Positions 1 through 8,246 of a DNA stretch of 64,000 bases are shown here, piece by piece; the first letter of the stretch is position 1; each line of letters opens with the position of its first letter. The stretch is taken from assembly GCA_963849165.1 (NCBI GenBank), contig CAWKGJ010000003.1, forward strand, positions 252,018 to 316,017, in the 5' to 3' direction. The notes beneath the pieces are model-generated. The model made no database searches. It was not told the origin of the DNA and worked only from the letters and a program-made list of their open reading frames with translations. The stretch is from an uncultured Solirubrobacterales bacterium (GTDB lineage: Bacteria > Actinomycetota > Thermoleophilia > Solirubrobacterales > 70-9). The position numbers were made by a program, and so were the translations under genes.

Positions 1-260
1 CATGCGAGGGCTGGCTCGCCAGCATGCGCCACGTGGCGATCGAGTCGGGCGCCGGGCCGCTCTACGGCGAGGAGGGGATCGTCAGCGCCGACTGCGACCT
101 GCGCGAGGGCCTGCGCGCCAAGCGCTGGTTCGACTCGGTCGGCCACTACAGCCGCGCCGACGTCCTGCTGGAGAAGCTGCACGGCAGCGACGGCGCGAGC
201 GAGGCGGGGCCAAGGGAAGCCGGCGCCGGCGCCGAACCTAGTGCCGATGCGCCGCAATGA
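1..260 (+). CDS. carbon-nitrogen hydrolase (nitrilase-family) protein, C-terminal fragment; 5' end outside window
   Basis: ORF open from window edge to TGA 258-260; tail LRAKRWFDSVGHYSRADVL resembles nitrilase-family C-termini. Confidence 0.4.
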   Translation, partial: CEGWLASMRHVAIESGAGPLYGEEGIVSADCDLREGLRAKRWFDSVGHYSRADVLLEKLHGSDGASEAGPREAGAGAEPSADAPQ

Positions 261-489
261 CCTGGACAGGCTCGAGCAGCTCGCCGACACGCTGACGCTG
301 GTCTTCTACGTCCTCGTGCTCTCGGCGCTCCTGATAGCTCTCGCCAGCTCGGCGGGGTCTGGCTTCCTGTTGCTGATCATCGCCTCCTGCGCCTATGTCG
401 GGCAGGCTTCGCTCGGAGAACTCGTCGCCAGGGAGCGCAACGCGGCGCCCCGGCCGCGCCGGGCCCGCCGCGTCAGCTTCGGCGAATAG
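241..489 (+). CDS. hypothetical small membrane protein
   Basis: 82-aa ORF with long hydrophobic stretch LTLVFYVLVLSALLIALASSAGSGFLLLIIASCAYV; start uncertain (GTG 241 or ATG 247). Confidence 0.35.
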   Translation: MPMRRNDLDRLEQLADTLTLVFYVLVLSALLIALASSAGSGFLLLIIASCAYVGQASLGELVARERNAAPRPRRARRVSFGE

Positions 490-635
490 CCGAGCTTCGG
501 GCTTAAAGAACCAGCCTGTTTATCCGCTGACGCCCTTTTTCTCGCAAAGTGGGCAGGAAAAAGAGTCAAAAACTCCACCTTTCGCGAGTAGTAGATGAGT
601 CTGGCCTAAAGCAACTGGCGAAGGGGGTGACTCGG

Positions 636-695
636 ATGAAGTTTGGGGCAACGACGGACACCATGCCTGCGGTCAGCACGAGTAAGGGCGGCTAG
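636..695 (+). CDS. candidate 19-aa peptide MKFGATTDTMPAVSTSKGG (possible precursor or leader peptide)
   Basis: ATG 636 follows near-consensus SD AAGGGGGTGA (621-630); double stop TAGTAG; lies in AT-richer gap directly upstream of an RRE-ThiF-like gene. Confidence 0.3.
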   Translation: MKFGATTDTMPAVSTSKGG

Positions 696-705
696 TAGCT
701 GAGAC

Positions 706-749
706 AAGGGCGGCTTTCGCTCGCATAAGCCGAAGGGGGAGCCGCCCTT
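706..749 (+). promoter_or_regulatory. stem-loop between mini-ORF and thiF-like gene
   Basis: AAGGGCGGC (706-714) is perfectly complementary to GCCGCCCTT (741-749), with inner TTCG/CGAA pairs; the same 9-mer also occurs at 684-692. Confidence 0.45.
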
Positions 750-789
750 CCCCTGCATTGGAGAACTCGCGTATCGGGGGATTGGAGAT

Positions 790-1872
790 ATGAGGCCTCG
801 CGTAAAGAGGACTGTCGAGCAGATTGAAGCGCCGGACGGTGACCTGGTTCTCATGCGTTCCAGCGCCGCGGACGTCCGCATCGACCAACCAGACGACCAG
901 GGGAGGCAGCTGCTGGAAGCCCTGGATGGACGCAGCTCCCGGAACGAGCTCGATGCGCGTTTCGGCGCGGGACGGGTCGAGGAGACCCTTACGCAGATGC
1001 AGGAGCTGGACCTGCTCGAGGATGCCACGGACGACGAGCTGATTCCGCCGGCGGAGCGGGCTCGCTTCGACCGCCAGCTTCGCTACTTCAGCGACCTTCA
1101 CCACCGCGGGGATCCGACCCCGTCTGAATGTCAGACGAGGTTGCGGGAGGCCCGGGTTGCCGTGCTCGGCGTGGGCGGTCTGGGCGGACGGGTGGCGTGG
1201 GAGCTCGCCTGTTGCGGAATCGGCGAGCTCTGGCTGATCGACGGCGACCGCGTCGAGGAGAGCAACCTCAATCGCCAGATCCAGTACACGGAGGCCGACA
1301 TCGGTCGCTCCAAGGTGGAGGCGATGGAGGAACGGCTGCGGGCCTTCAATTCGGGGATCGAGGTGAGGACGGTCGCGCGACGCGTCGAGGCCGAGGCCGA
1401 GCTGGCGGAGCTGATCGAGGGCGCCGACCTGGTCATCGACGCGGCCGACTGGCCTGCCCATGAGATCGAGGACTGGTGCAACGCGGCGTGTTTCGAGGCC
1501 GGCATCCCCTACATAGCGATGAGCCACTACCCGCCGATCGCGAGGGTGGGCCCCCTGTACGTTCCCGGTCAGACCGGGTGCTTTGCCTGTCAGGCGATTG
1601 CCTTCCGGCGGGAGTATCCGCTCTTCGACGTCGCGATCGCCCAGCGTCGGGCCAAGCCGTCGCCGGCGGCGACCCTCGGACCTGCGTGCGGCCTTGTCGG
1701 CGGTCTGGTCGGGGCCGAAGCCATGCATTTCCTGACGCAGCTGATCCCGCCGCCGATGCTGGGAGCCGGCTACCTCTTCGACCTGCGGACGATGGAGGTC
1801 GAGCGTTTCGAGGTGTTGCCGCAGCCCGAGTGCCCGGTCTGCTCGCATCTCCAGCCGGAGGCCCGGCGATGA
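790..1872 (+). CDS. ThiF/MoeB/MccB-type E1-like adenylyltransferase with N-terminal PqqD/RRE-like peptide-binding domain
   Basis: GVGGLGGRVAWELACCGIGELWLIDGDRVEESNLNRQ nucleotide-binding signature; CFAC and C-terminal CPVC cysteine pairs; first ~95 aa read like a winged-helix RRE; SD GGAG before ATG 790. Confidence 0.85.
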   Translation: MRPRVKRTVEQIEAPDGDLVLMRSSAADVRIDQPDDQGRQLLEALDGRSSRNELDARFGAGRVEETLTQMQELDLLEDATDDELIPPAERARFDRQLRYFSDLHHRGDPTPSECQTRLREARVAVLGVGGLGGRVAWELACCGIGELWLIDGDRVEESNLNRQIQYTEADIGRSKVEAMEERLRAFNSGIEVRTVARRVEAEAELAELIEGADLVIDAADWPAHEIEDWCNAACFEAGIPYIAMSHYPPIARVGPLYVPGQTGCFACQAIAFRREYPLFDVAIAQRRAKPSPAATLGPACGLVGGLVGAEAMHFLTQLIPPPMLGAGYLFDLRTMEVERFEVLPQPECPVCSHLQPEARR

Positions 1873-1885
1873 CGCCGTTGCAGGG

Positions 1886-2293
1886 TTAGTCGACGACGAT
1901 CTTGCCGCGCATCGAGGAGTGGATCGTGCAGTGGTAGCGGAAGGTCCCCTTCTGCTTGAAGCTGACCGTGGCCGTCTTGCCGGGCCTGATGCGCCCGGTG
2001 TCGAAGCCGCCGTCGCGGGTCGCCGTGTGGGTGACGCCGCCGGTGTTGGAGAAGACGACCTTCGAGCCGGGAGCGATCTTCAGCGTCGCCGGCCTGAAGG
2101 CGAAATCCTCGATCTTGACCGTCGCCGTCTTGCTCGCCCGCGCGGTCTCGCCGCCGGCGGCGATCTCGCCGCGAGCCGCCGCCAGCGCCAGGCCGAAGGC
2201 GACGAGCGCCAGCACGGCCGCGATCGTCGCCCCCCTCCCTCGAGTCTTCAAGATCGGCGTCACCAGCCGGGGATACGGAGAGCTCCTTGCCAT
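1886..2293 (-). CDS. secreted cupredoxin (plastocyanin/amicyanin-like blue copper protein)
   Basis: C-terminal copper-ligand motif YHCTIHSSMRGKIVV; N-terminal Arg-rich signal or anchor. Confidence 0.8.
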   Translation of the reverse strand: MARSSPYPRLVTPILKTRGRGATIAAVLALVAFGLALAAARGEIAAGGETARASKTATVKIEDFAFRPATLKIAPGSKVVFSNTGGVTHTATRDGGFDTGRIRPGKTATVSFKQKGTFRYHCTIHSSMRGKIVVD

Positions 2294-2329
2294 GGTTCAA
2301 GCCTGGTTCATAATCAGGTCGAGCAGCCC

Positions 2330-2402
2330 GGGCGGTTAGCTCAGTTGGGAGAGCACTTCCCTTACAAGGAAGGGGTCACTGGTTCGAGCCCAGTACCGCC
2401 CA
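2330..2402 (+). tRNA. tRNA-Val (anticodon TAC)
   Basis: Cloverleaf read by hand: acceptor GGGCGGT/ACCGCCC, D arm GCTC..GAGC, anticodon stem CTTCC/GGAAG with loop CTTACAA, T arm ACTGG-TTCGAGC-CCAGT. Confidence 0.9.
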
Positions 2403-2487
2403 TCGTCGTCGTCGCCATCGCTCGCATTGTCGCGCGCGGTTGCCACCGGTCGGGTTTATCGATCTTTTCGCGGGGTAACTCCGGCTC

Positions 2488-2631
2488 ATGCCATTAGCAC
2501 TGCTGCTCATAATCATTGGGATCGTCCTGGCGATACTCGTCAATTACGCGCTGGGGATCATCTGCATCGTTATCGGGCTGGTACTGCTCGTCCTGCCGTG
2601 GCTGCGTGGCAGGGGAACCTCGAGGGTCTAG
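2488..2631 (+). CDS. hypothetical 47-aa hydrophobic membrane peptide
   Basis: MPLALLLIIIGIVLAILVNYALGIICIVIGLVLLVLPWLRGRGTSRV; two predicted TM stretches; below the ORF-track size cut-off. Confidence 0.35.
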   Translation: MPLALLLIIIGIVLAILVNYALGIICIVIGLVLLVLPWLRGRGTSRV

Positions 2632-2640
2632 CCGGTCGCC

Positions 2641-3399
2641 TTACTGCAGGGCGAAGACGACGTGGACCGTGGCGGTCACCGTCGAGGTGCCGGGCTTGAC
2701 CGGCGGCGCCGCGGCGGTGCACCGGGAGGCGGTGCGCTTGGTCGTCGCGACGGGTGGCGCCGCCGGGCTGGAGGTGACGCAGTCTGAGCCCGGGACCGAC
2801 TTCGCCTCGTACTGGGGAGTCAGTTCCGGGCCTTCGCCTTCGTCGATCGTCAGCGCAGGGCCGAGGCTGCCGCCGGCCCGGGTGGCGAGGGCGGTCGCCC
2901 GCGCTTTGGCCTTGTCGAAGGCGGCGGCGAGGGCGTTGGTGAAGGCCAGTTCGGAGTCGCCGACGAAGAAGTTGGGCCCTCTGACGCCGGTCGCGCCGGC
3001 GCCGATCGCGGCGCTGACCAGGTTGCCGGCTTCGTCGGGCTGGTGCAGGGTGACGCTGACCCCCGTCGCCGCCCGGTAGACGACGCGCTCGCCCCGGAAC
3101 GACTTGCGGACCGAGACCCGTCCGGTGGTGACGTCGCCCGGGCCGACGCCGGGGGTCGCCTGCGCCACGGCGATGACGCCGCGCAGGCCGCTGGAGGCGG
3201 CGCGCAGGGCGGCGCCCCTGGTGCGGCGTTCGCGACTGACCGCAAAGCCGAGGCTGGCGGTGTCGTTGGGCACCTTCAGGGTGGCGCTCGCGGTCACCGA
3301 GACCGTCCGTTCGATCGCCGCCTCGGCGCTCGCGGGTGCCAGCAGCGCCAGCGCCAGCAGGGCGGTCAGGGCCGGGGTGCGGAGGCGGGGGCCGATCAT
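2641..3399 (-). CDS. SIMPL-domain (DUF541) secreted protein
   Basis: Signal peptide MIGPRLRTPALTALLALALLAPASAEA followed by SIMPL-like sequence; the rest of the 439-aa ORF upstream is Arg/Pro-rich shadow. Confidence 0.75.
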   Translation of the reverse strand: MIGPRLRTPALTALLALALLAPASAEAAIERTVSVTASATLKVPNDTASLGFAVSRERRTRGAALRAASSGLRGVIAVAQATPGVGPGDVTTGRVSVRKSFRGERVVYRAATGVSVTLHQPDEAGNLVSAAIGAGATGVRGPNFFVGDSELAFTNALAAAFDKAKARATALATRAGGSLGPALTIDEGEGPELTPQYEAKSVPGSDCVTSSPAAPPVATTKRTASRCTAAAPPVKPGTSTVTATVHVVFALQ

Positions 3400-3428
3400 C
3401 TCTCCCAGGCTACCGGCGATCACCGCGG

Positions 3429-4322
3429 TCAGCCGCGTGCGCTCGCCTGCAGCTGCGGGGTCGGGGTGCCGCCGCGGCGGCGCTCGGCTTGGGTGACGAC
3501 GTCGAAGAAGGCGTCGTTGCGGCCGCGCCGCACTTGCCGCGGGAAGAGGTGACGGGCGCGGCGGTGGGCGGCGGTGACGGAGCGGAAGGCGCGCTCGTGC
3601 GAGCGCGTCCAGCCGATGCCGAAGATCTCCCGCACCCGCGGCGGCAGCGTCCCCTTGATGATCAGGTTCTGGGTGGCGAGGTTGGCGCGGGCCGCCGCCG
3701 GCACCGGCTGCCGGAAGGCGACCAGCGGCGCCATCTCCAGCGCGTGCGGGGTCGCGTGCAGGTCGGGTGAGGCGAGCCGCTCCTCCCACCAGGCGCGGAA
3801 CTCGCGGTAGCTGCCGGGCACCTCGGCGGCGGGCAGGCGGAAGAGCTCGCCGAACCGGACGTAGTCCTGCCAGAGCGCTTCGCGCTCGCCTTCGTTCAGC
3901 GGCCGCACCATCGCCTCGTACATCGCCCGCCCGGAGTCGGCGATCACCGCCAGCGTCCACAGCATCAGCTTCGGGTCGAAGGCCGAATAGGCGGCGCCGG
4001 CGGGGTGGGCGCCCGCCGCCTCGCGCAGCTCTCCCTTGATCCGCTCGTGCAGGCGGTCCACCGCGGCGAGGGCTTTGTCGGCTTCCTCGCGGGTGCCGAG
4101 GAAGACGGTCTCCTGGATCTTGGCGGTGCGGGCGAGGCGGGTGAACGGGTGGTCGCCGGCGTTGGTGCTGAGCATCGTGCCGGTGTAGGTGAGCGGTTCC
4201 AGGGCGCCGATCAGGAGCGCCCGCTGGCCGTAGAGGAGGCCGACCGAGCGCTCGCCGTGGACCCGCCGTGCCAGCGAACGCCCGGGCGGGAAGTAGTAGG
4301 TCTCGTCGCTCAAACTGGCCAC
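3429..4322 (-). CDS. DUF2236 / MpaB-type oxygenase family protein
   Basis: Family-typical segments (LLYGQRALLIGALEP, DPKLMLWTLAVIADS); start uncertain: GTG 4322 avoids overlap with ftsH-like gene, ORF is open to 4418. Confidence 0.7.
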   Translation of the reverse strand: MASLSDETYYFPPGRSLARRVHGERSVGLLYGQRALLIGALEPLTYTGTMLSTNAGDHPFTRLARTAKIQETVFLGTREEADKALAAVDRLHERIKGELREAAGAHPAGAAYSAFDPKLMLWTLAVIADSGRAMYEAMVRPLNEGEREALWQDYVRFGELFRLPAAEVPGSYREFRAWWEERLASPDLHATPHALEMAPLVAFRQPVPAAARANLATQNLIIKGTLPPRVREIFGIGWTRSHERAFRSVTAAHRRARHLFPRQVRRGRNDAFFDVVTQAERRRGGTPTPQLQASARG

Positions 4323-4335
4323 CTGGCCAGGAATG

Positions 4336-5880
4336 CTACTCGTGCTCCCGGGCCATCGCGACCAGGGCGGCGCCGGAACCGCGCGAATCGACCAGCTCGC
4401 GCAGCTGGTGGGCGGCAAAGATCTCGTCGAGTTCCTCGCGGGTCAGGGTCTCGCGCTCGAGCGCGTTGGCGGCGAGGGCGTCGAGGCAGTCGCGGTTGGC
4501 GGCCAGCAGCGCCCGCGCCCGCCGGTAGGCCTCGCGGGCCAGCGTCATCGAGGCCAGGTCGACGTCGCGGCGGGTCTGGTCGGAGACCGCGTAGTCGCCG
4601 GTCGGCAGCGCGATCGGCGGCGGCCCGTCGTGATCGAGCGCCACTCCCATCCCGAACTCGCCGACCATCTGCTTGCAGACCATGTGGACGCGGGAGAGGT
4701 CGTCGACGGCGCCCGAGTAGGACTCGCCCAGCACCTCCTCCTCGGCGGCGCGCCCCCCCAGCAGCGTCACCACCTCGTCGAGCAGCTCGTCGCGCGACTT
4801 CAGGTAGCTGTCCTCCCGCGGCGAGTGGCCGACGAAGCCGAGCGCGGGCCCGCGCGGGACGATGCTGAGGATCTCCGGCGGGTCGAGCCCGAGCAGCTTG
4901 CGGCAGAGCGCGTGCCCGGCCTCGTGGTAGGCGACGATCCGCCGCTCCTCCTTGCTCAGGCGCCGGGCCTGCTGGGAGCCGACCGACTGGCGCAGCAGCG
5001 CCTCGTCGAGGTCCTCGCGGGCGGTCGCGGCGCGGCCGGCGCGGCCGGCGATGATCGCCGCCTCGTTGAGCGCGTTGGCGAGCTGGGCGCCGGTCATCCC
5101 GGTCGTCTTGCGGGCGACGTCGGTGAGGTCGAGGTCGGCGGCCAGCGGCTTGCCCTTGGCGTGGCTGCGGAGGATCGCCTCGCGGCCGTGGCGGTCGGGC
5201 GGGGCGACCAGCACCTGGCGGTCGAAGCGTCCCGGCCGCAGCAGCGCCTTGTCGAGCTTGTCGACGTAGTTGGAGGCGGCGATCACGATCACCGTGCCGG
5301 GGTCGCGCTCGAAGCCGTCGAGCTCGACCAGCAGCTGGTTCAGCGCCTGCTCGCGCTCGCTCGAGCCGCCGTCGCCGCCACCGCTGCTGCGGGCGCCGCC
5401 GATCGCGTCGAGCTCGTCGATGAAGATCACCGCGCGCCCGGACTTGCGCGCCTCCTTGAAGAGGCGGCGGATCCGCGCCGCGCCGCGGCCGACGAACATC
5501 TCCACGAAGCTGGAGCCCGAGGCGGCGAAGAAGTCGACCCCGGCCTGAGCGGCTACCGCCCGCGCCAGCATCGTCTTGCCGGTGCCGGGCGGGCCGAAGA
5601 GGAGGACGCCGCGCGGCGGCGAAGCGCCGAGGGCGGCGAAGCGGTCCGGTTCGCGCAGCCACTCGGCCACGTCCATCAGCTCGTCCTTGGCGGCGTCGAC
5701 GCCCTGGACCTCCTCCCAGAGCACCGGCTCGGTCTTGCTCGCCTTGACCGTTTCCGGCTTGGTCGAGCCGACCGTGCTGCGCATCAGTTTGAGGAAGACG
5801 AACAGCAGCATCGCCATGAAGATCACCCCGAAGACGGGGTACCAGGCGAAGAAGAATTCTTGGATTTCGGTCGCGAGCAT
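4336..5880 (-). CDS. ftsH: FtsH-family AAA+ zinc metalloprotease, short form with a single N-terminal TM helix
   Basis: Walker A GPPGTGKT, Walker B IFIDELD, zinc site HEAGHAL; ATG 5880 precedes the TM helix; longer ORF upstream is shadow. Confidence 0.85.
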   Translation of the reverse strand: MLATEIQEFFFAWYPVFGVIFMAMLLFVFLKLMRSTVGSTKPETVKASKTEPVLWEEVQGVDAAKDELMDVAEWLREPDRFAALGASPPRGVLLFGPPGTGKTMLARAVAAQAGVDFFAASGSSFVEMFVGRGAARIRRLFKEARKSGRAVIFIDELDAIGGARSSGGGDGGSSEREQALNQLLVELDGFERDPGTVIVIAASNYVDKLDKALLRPGRFDRQVLVAPPDRHGREAILRSHAKGKPLAADLDLTDVARKTTGMTGAQLANALNEAAIIAGRAGRAATAREDLDEALLRQSVGSQQARRLSKEERRIVAYHEAGHALCRKLLGLDPPEILSIVPRGPALGFVGHSPREDSYLKSRDELLDEVVTLLGGRAAEEEVLGESYSGAVDDLSRVHMVCKQMVGEFGMGVALDHDGPPPIALPTGDYAVSDQTRRDVDLASMTLAREAYRRARALLAANRDCLDALAANALERETLTREELDEIFAAHQLRELVDSRGSGAALVAMAREHE

Positions 5881-5974
5881 CAGAACAGTGTGCGGCTTGG
5901 GCCCCCGGGTACCAATCGCATATCCGTCCAAATCCCCCCGCTGGGCTAAAGGCGAGCCCCTCGTGCCCCCACCA

Positions 5975-6021
5975 AACTGCATCAAATTTCCGGTCCACCA
6001 GGCGGGGAATTTGATGCAGTT
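5975..6021. promoter_or_regulatory. perfect 14-bp inverted repeat in divergent ftsH-like / FHA-LuxR intergenic region
   Basis: AACTGCATCAAATT (5975-5988) and AATTTGATGCAGTT (6008-6021), 19-nt spacer. Confidence 0.4.
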
Positions 6022-6039
6022 CGTCCTAGGATCACGGGC

Positions 6040-6711
6040 ATGAACGGGCCACGAGCGGCGAGCGCGCCGGAGCTGAAGGCGCAGATCGAGGCGGAACGGG
6101 CCGGGCGCCCCTTCCTCGTCTTCCGCGACGGCGAGGACGAGCAGCGGATCGTCGCCGTCGAGGCGGGCGCGACGGCGCTCTGGGTGGGGCGCGGCGAGTC
6201 CGCCGACGTGCGGCTCGGCTGGGACGAGGAGGTCTCGGCGCTGCACGCGCAGATCGCCGTGGTCGGCGGCGAGTGCACGCTGGTCGACGACGGCCTCTCC
6301 CGCAACGGCTCCTACGTCAACGGAGAGCGCGTCCACGGCCGCCGCCACCTGCGCGACGGCGACGCGATCCGCTTCGGCCGCACCGCCCTCGTCTACCGCC
6401 GTCCCGGCGACAGCGCTCCGGAAGCGACCGCGATCGCCACCGACGTCCCCGCCGCCGCCGCGGTCTCCCCGGCCCAACGCAAGGTGCTCCTCGCCCTCTG
6501 CCGTCCTTATAAAGACGGCGGCTCGTTCGCGACCCCGGCGACGAACCTGGAGATCGGCGCCGAGCTGCACCTCAGCGTCGACGCGGTCAAGACCCACATG
6601 CGCGCCCTCTTCGAGAAGCTCGGCGTCGGCGACCTGCCGCAGAACCAGAAGCGCGTCGCCCTGGTCGAGCGGGCGCTGCAGTCCGGCGCCGTCAAGAGCA
6701 ACGAGCTGTAG
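6040..6711 (+). CDS. FHA-domain protein with C-terminal LuxR-type HTH
   Basis: FHA core LVDDGLSRNGSYVNGERV...GDAIRFG; C-terminal LEIGAELHLSVDAVKTHMRALFEKLG HTH. Confidence 0.8.
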   Translation: MNGPRAASAPELKAQIEAERAGRPFLVFRDGEDEQRIVAVEAGATALWVGRGESADVRLGWDEEVSALHAQIAVVGGECTLVDDGLSRNGSYVNGERVHGRRHLRDGDAIRFGRTALVYRRPGDSAPEATAIATDVPAAAAVSPAQRKVLLALCRPYKDGGSFATPATNLEIGAELHLSVDAVKTHMRALFEKLGVGDLPQNQKRVALVERALQSGAVKSNEL

Positions 6712-6714
6712 GAG

Positions 6715-7461
6715 TCAGCCGCGCTCGACCTGGGAGCCGCCGACGATCGCTTCTTCGTTGCTGTCGGCGAAGACGATCCAGGCCTTGTTGCCGCCGTCGT
6801 AGTCCGGCGCCCAGAGTTTCAGCGTCGCGTCCCGGCCCCAGACGGTGACGGGCTCCTCGCCGGTCGCGTCGAGGCCGCGCCAGATCCGCACGAAGGGGTT
6901 CTGCTCCCACTCCTCGCCGATCGTCGTCGGCTCGCGGTGGCCGGGGTGGACGCGGGTCTCGGGCGGCAGCTCCATCAACCGCATCACCGAGGCTTTGAGA
7001 TCGTCGAAGCCGCTGGCGCCGGGCGCCATCGTGCCGCCGACCGTGCCCTTGAAGAGGACGTCGGCGGTGAAGAGGTCGGTGTCGTCGACGAGGAAGGCGA
7101 GGTGGCCGGCGGCGTGGCCGGGGGTGTAGAGCGCCTCGACCTCGAAGCTGCCGGCCTGCAGCTTCTCGCCGTCGGCGAGTGTCACCTCGACCTCTTCGTC
7201 GAGCTCGGCGGCGGTCGCCTCGTGGGCGACCAGCGGCGGGTTGCCGAGCGCCTTGCGGGCCTCGACGAGGCCGGCGACGTGATCGCCGTGCGGGTGGGTG
7301 ACGAGGATGTGGGTGATCCCGATCCCGTCGCGCTCGACCTGCTCCAGCAGCGGGCCGAGCTCGTCGTTGCCGTCGATCAGCACGCCGGTGCCGGCCTCCG
7401 GGTCGGCGACCAGGTAGGCGTTCGACAGCCAGGTCGGGTTCTCGGTCCTCTCGACGATCAC
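6715..7461 (-). CDS. MBL-fold metallo-hydrolase
   Basis: THPHGDH motif plus downstream His/Asp ligands; GTG 7461 overlaps upstream stop (GTGA). Confidence 0.8.
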   Translation of the reverse strand: MIVERTENPTWLSNAYLVADPEAGTGVLIDGNDELGPLLEQVERDGIGITHILVTHPHGDHVAGLVEARKALGNPPLVAHEATAAELDEEVEVTLADGEKLQAGSFEVEALYTPGHAAGHLAFLVDDTDLFTADVLFKGTVGGTMAPGASGFDDLKASVMRLMELPPETRVHPGHREPTTIGEEWEQNPFVRIWRGLDATGEEPVTVWGRDATLKLWAPDYDGGNKAWIVFADSNEEAIVGGSQVERG

Positions 7462-8246
7462 GCGGGTGAGGATATCCGCGAACTGCCCTCGAGCAACGTG
7501 CGGGCGACCAGCTCCGGGTCGTCCCAGGTCGGCGTGTGGCCAACCCCGGGGAGGACGAGGAAGCGCGAGCCGGCGGGGCGGCGCTCCGGCTTCGGCGGCC
7601 CGACGAGCCGGTCGAGCTCGGCCCAGGCGATCGTCACCGGCACCTCGGGCGGGTAGCCCGACGGGTCGAAGACGTGGTTGCGCATCGCCCGGTTGGCGCC
7701 GTCGTAGCCCTCGCCGTCGAGCCAGCCGAGGACCAGCTCGCGGGCGGCGGCCGGGGGGATCCGCTCCGGGTGCGCGGCGATCGCCCGGAAGGCCAGGCGC
7801 CGGGTCGCCGGGAGCAGGAAGGCGGGTGCCAGCAGCGGCCGCGCCAGCTTGATCCAGGGCGAGCCGCGCAGCAGCATCCGGCCGCCGCCGCCGGACGGCT
7901 CGCCCAGCGGACGCGGCCAGAGGCCGGCCGGCGAGAGGGCGGTCACCGAGGCCGCCCAGCCGCGGCGGCCCATTTCCAGCGCCACCCAGCCGCCGAGCGA
8001 GTTGCCGGCGACGTGTGGGCGCTCGATTCCGCGTTCGGCGCACCGCTCGTGCAGCGCCCGCGCCAGGTTGGCGGCGGTCGGCTCGACTCCGGGAGGCAGC
8101 GGCTCCGCCTCCCCGAACCCCGGCATGTCGATGGCGATCGCTTCGCGCTCGGGCTCGAGCAGGCCGGTCACCGGCTCCCAGATGCTGCGCGAGCCGCCGA
8201 GCCCGTGGATCAGCAGCAGCGGCTCGCCGCTCCCGGCGCCGCTCAC
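7458..8246 (-). CDS. alpha/beta hydrolase
   Basis: LLLIHGLGGS and nucleophile elbow GNSLGG; GTG 8246 overlaps cfa stop (GTGA); the 512-aa ORF is a fusion with cfa shadow. Confidence 0.8.
   Translation of the reverse strand: MSGAGSGEPLLLIHGLGGSRSIWEPVTGLLEPEREAIAIDMPGFGEAEPLPPGVEPTAANLARALHERCAERGIERPHVAGNSLGGWVALEMGRRGWAASVTALSPAGLWPRPLGEPSGGGGRMLLRGSPWIKLARPLLAPAFLLPATRRLAFRAIAAHPERIPPAAARELVLGWLDGEGYDGANRAMRNHVFDPSGYPPEVPVTIAWAELDRLVGPPKPERRPAGSRFLVLPGVGHTPTWDDPELVARTLLEGSSRISSPA

Noticed and set aside
621-630. Near-identical AAGGGGGTGA upstream of both 19-aa mini-ORFs (621-630 and the reverse complement of 57484-57493) as evidence that the two loci are homologous
   Set aside because: Both simply match the anti-Shine-Dalgarno consensus. 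This supports translation but not common ancestry.
2641-3960. Composite long ORFs taken at face value (2641-3960, 7458-8996, 21552-23609, 14092-15051)
   Set aside because: Their N-terminal extensions are low-complexity and overlap better genes. Internal starts with signal peptides, SD sequences or GTGA/ATGA coupling give sensible proteins (3399, 8246, 22248, 14173).
4310-5998. Very long overlapping ORFs (4310-5998 minus, 4333-5949 plus, also 673-1848 minus) overlapping the ftsH-like and thiF-like genes
   Set aside because: The translations are Arg/Pro/Gly/Ala-rich low-complexity strings typical of shadow frames in high-GC DNA. The alternative frames carry clear catalytic motifs.
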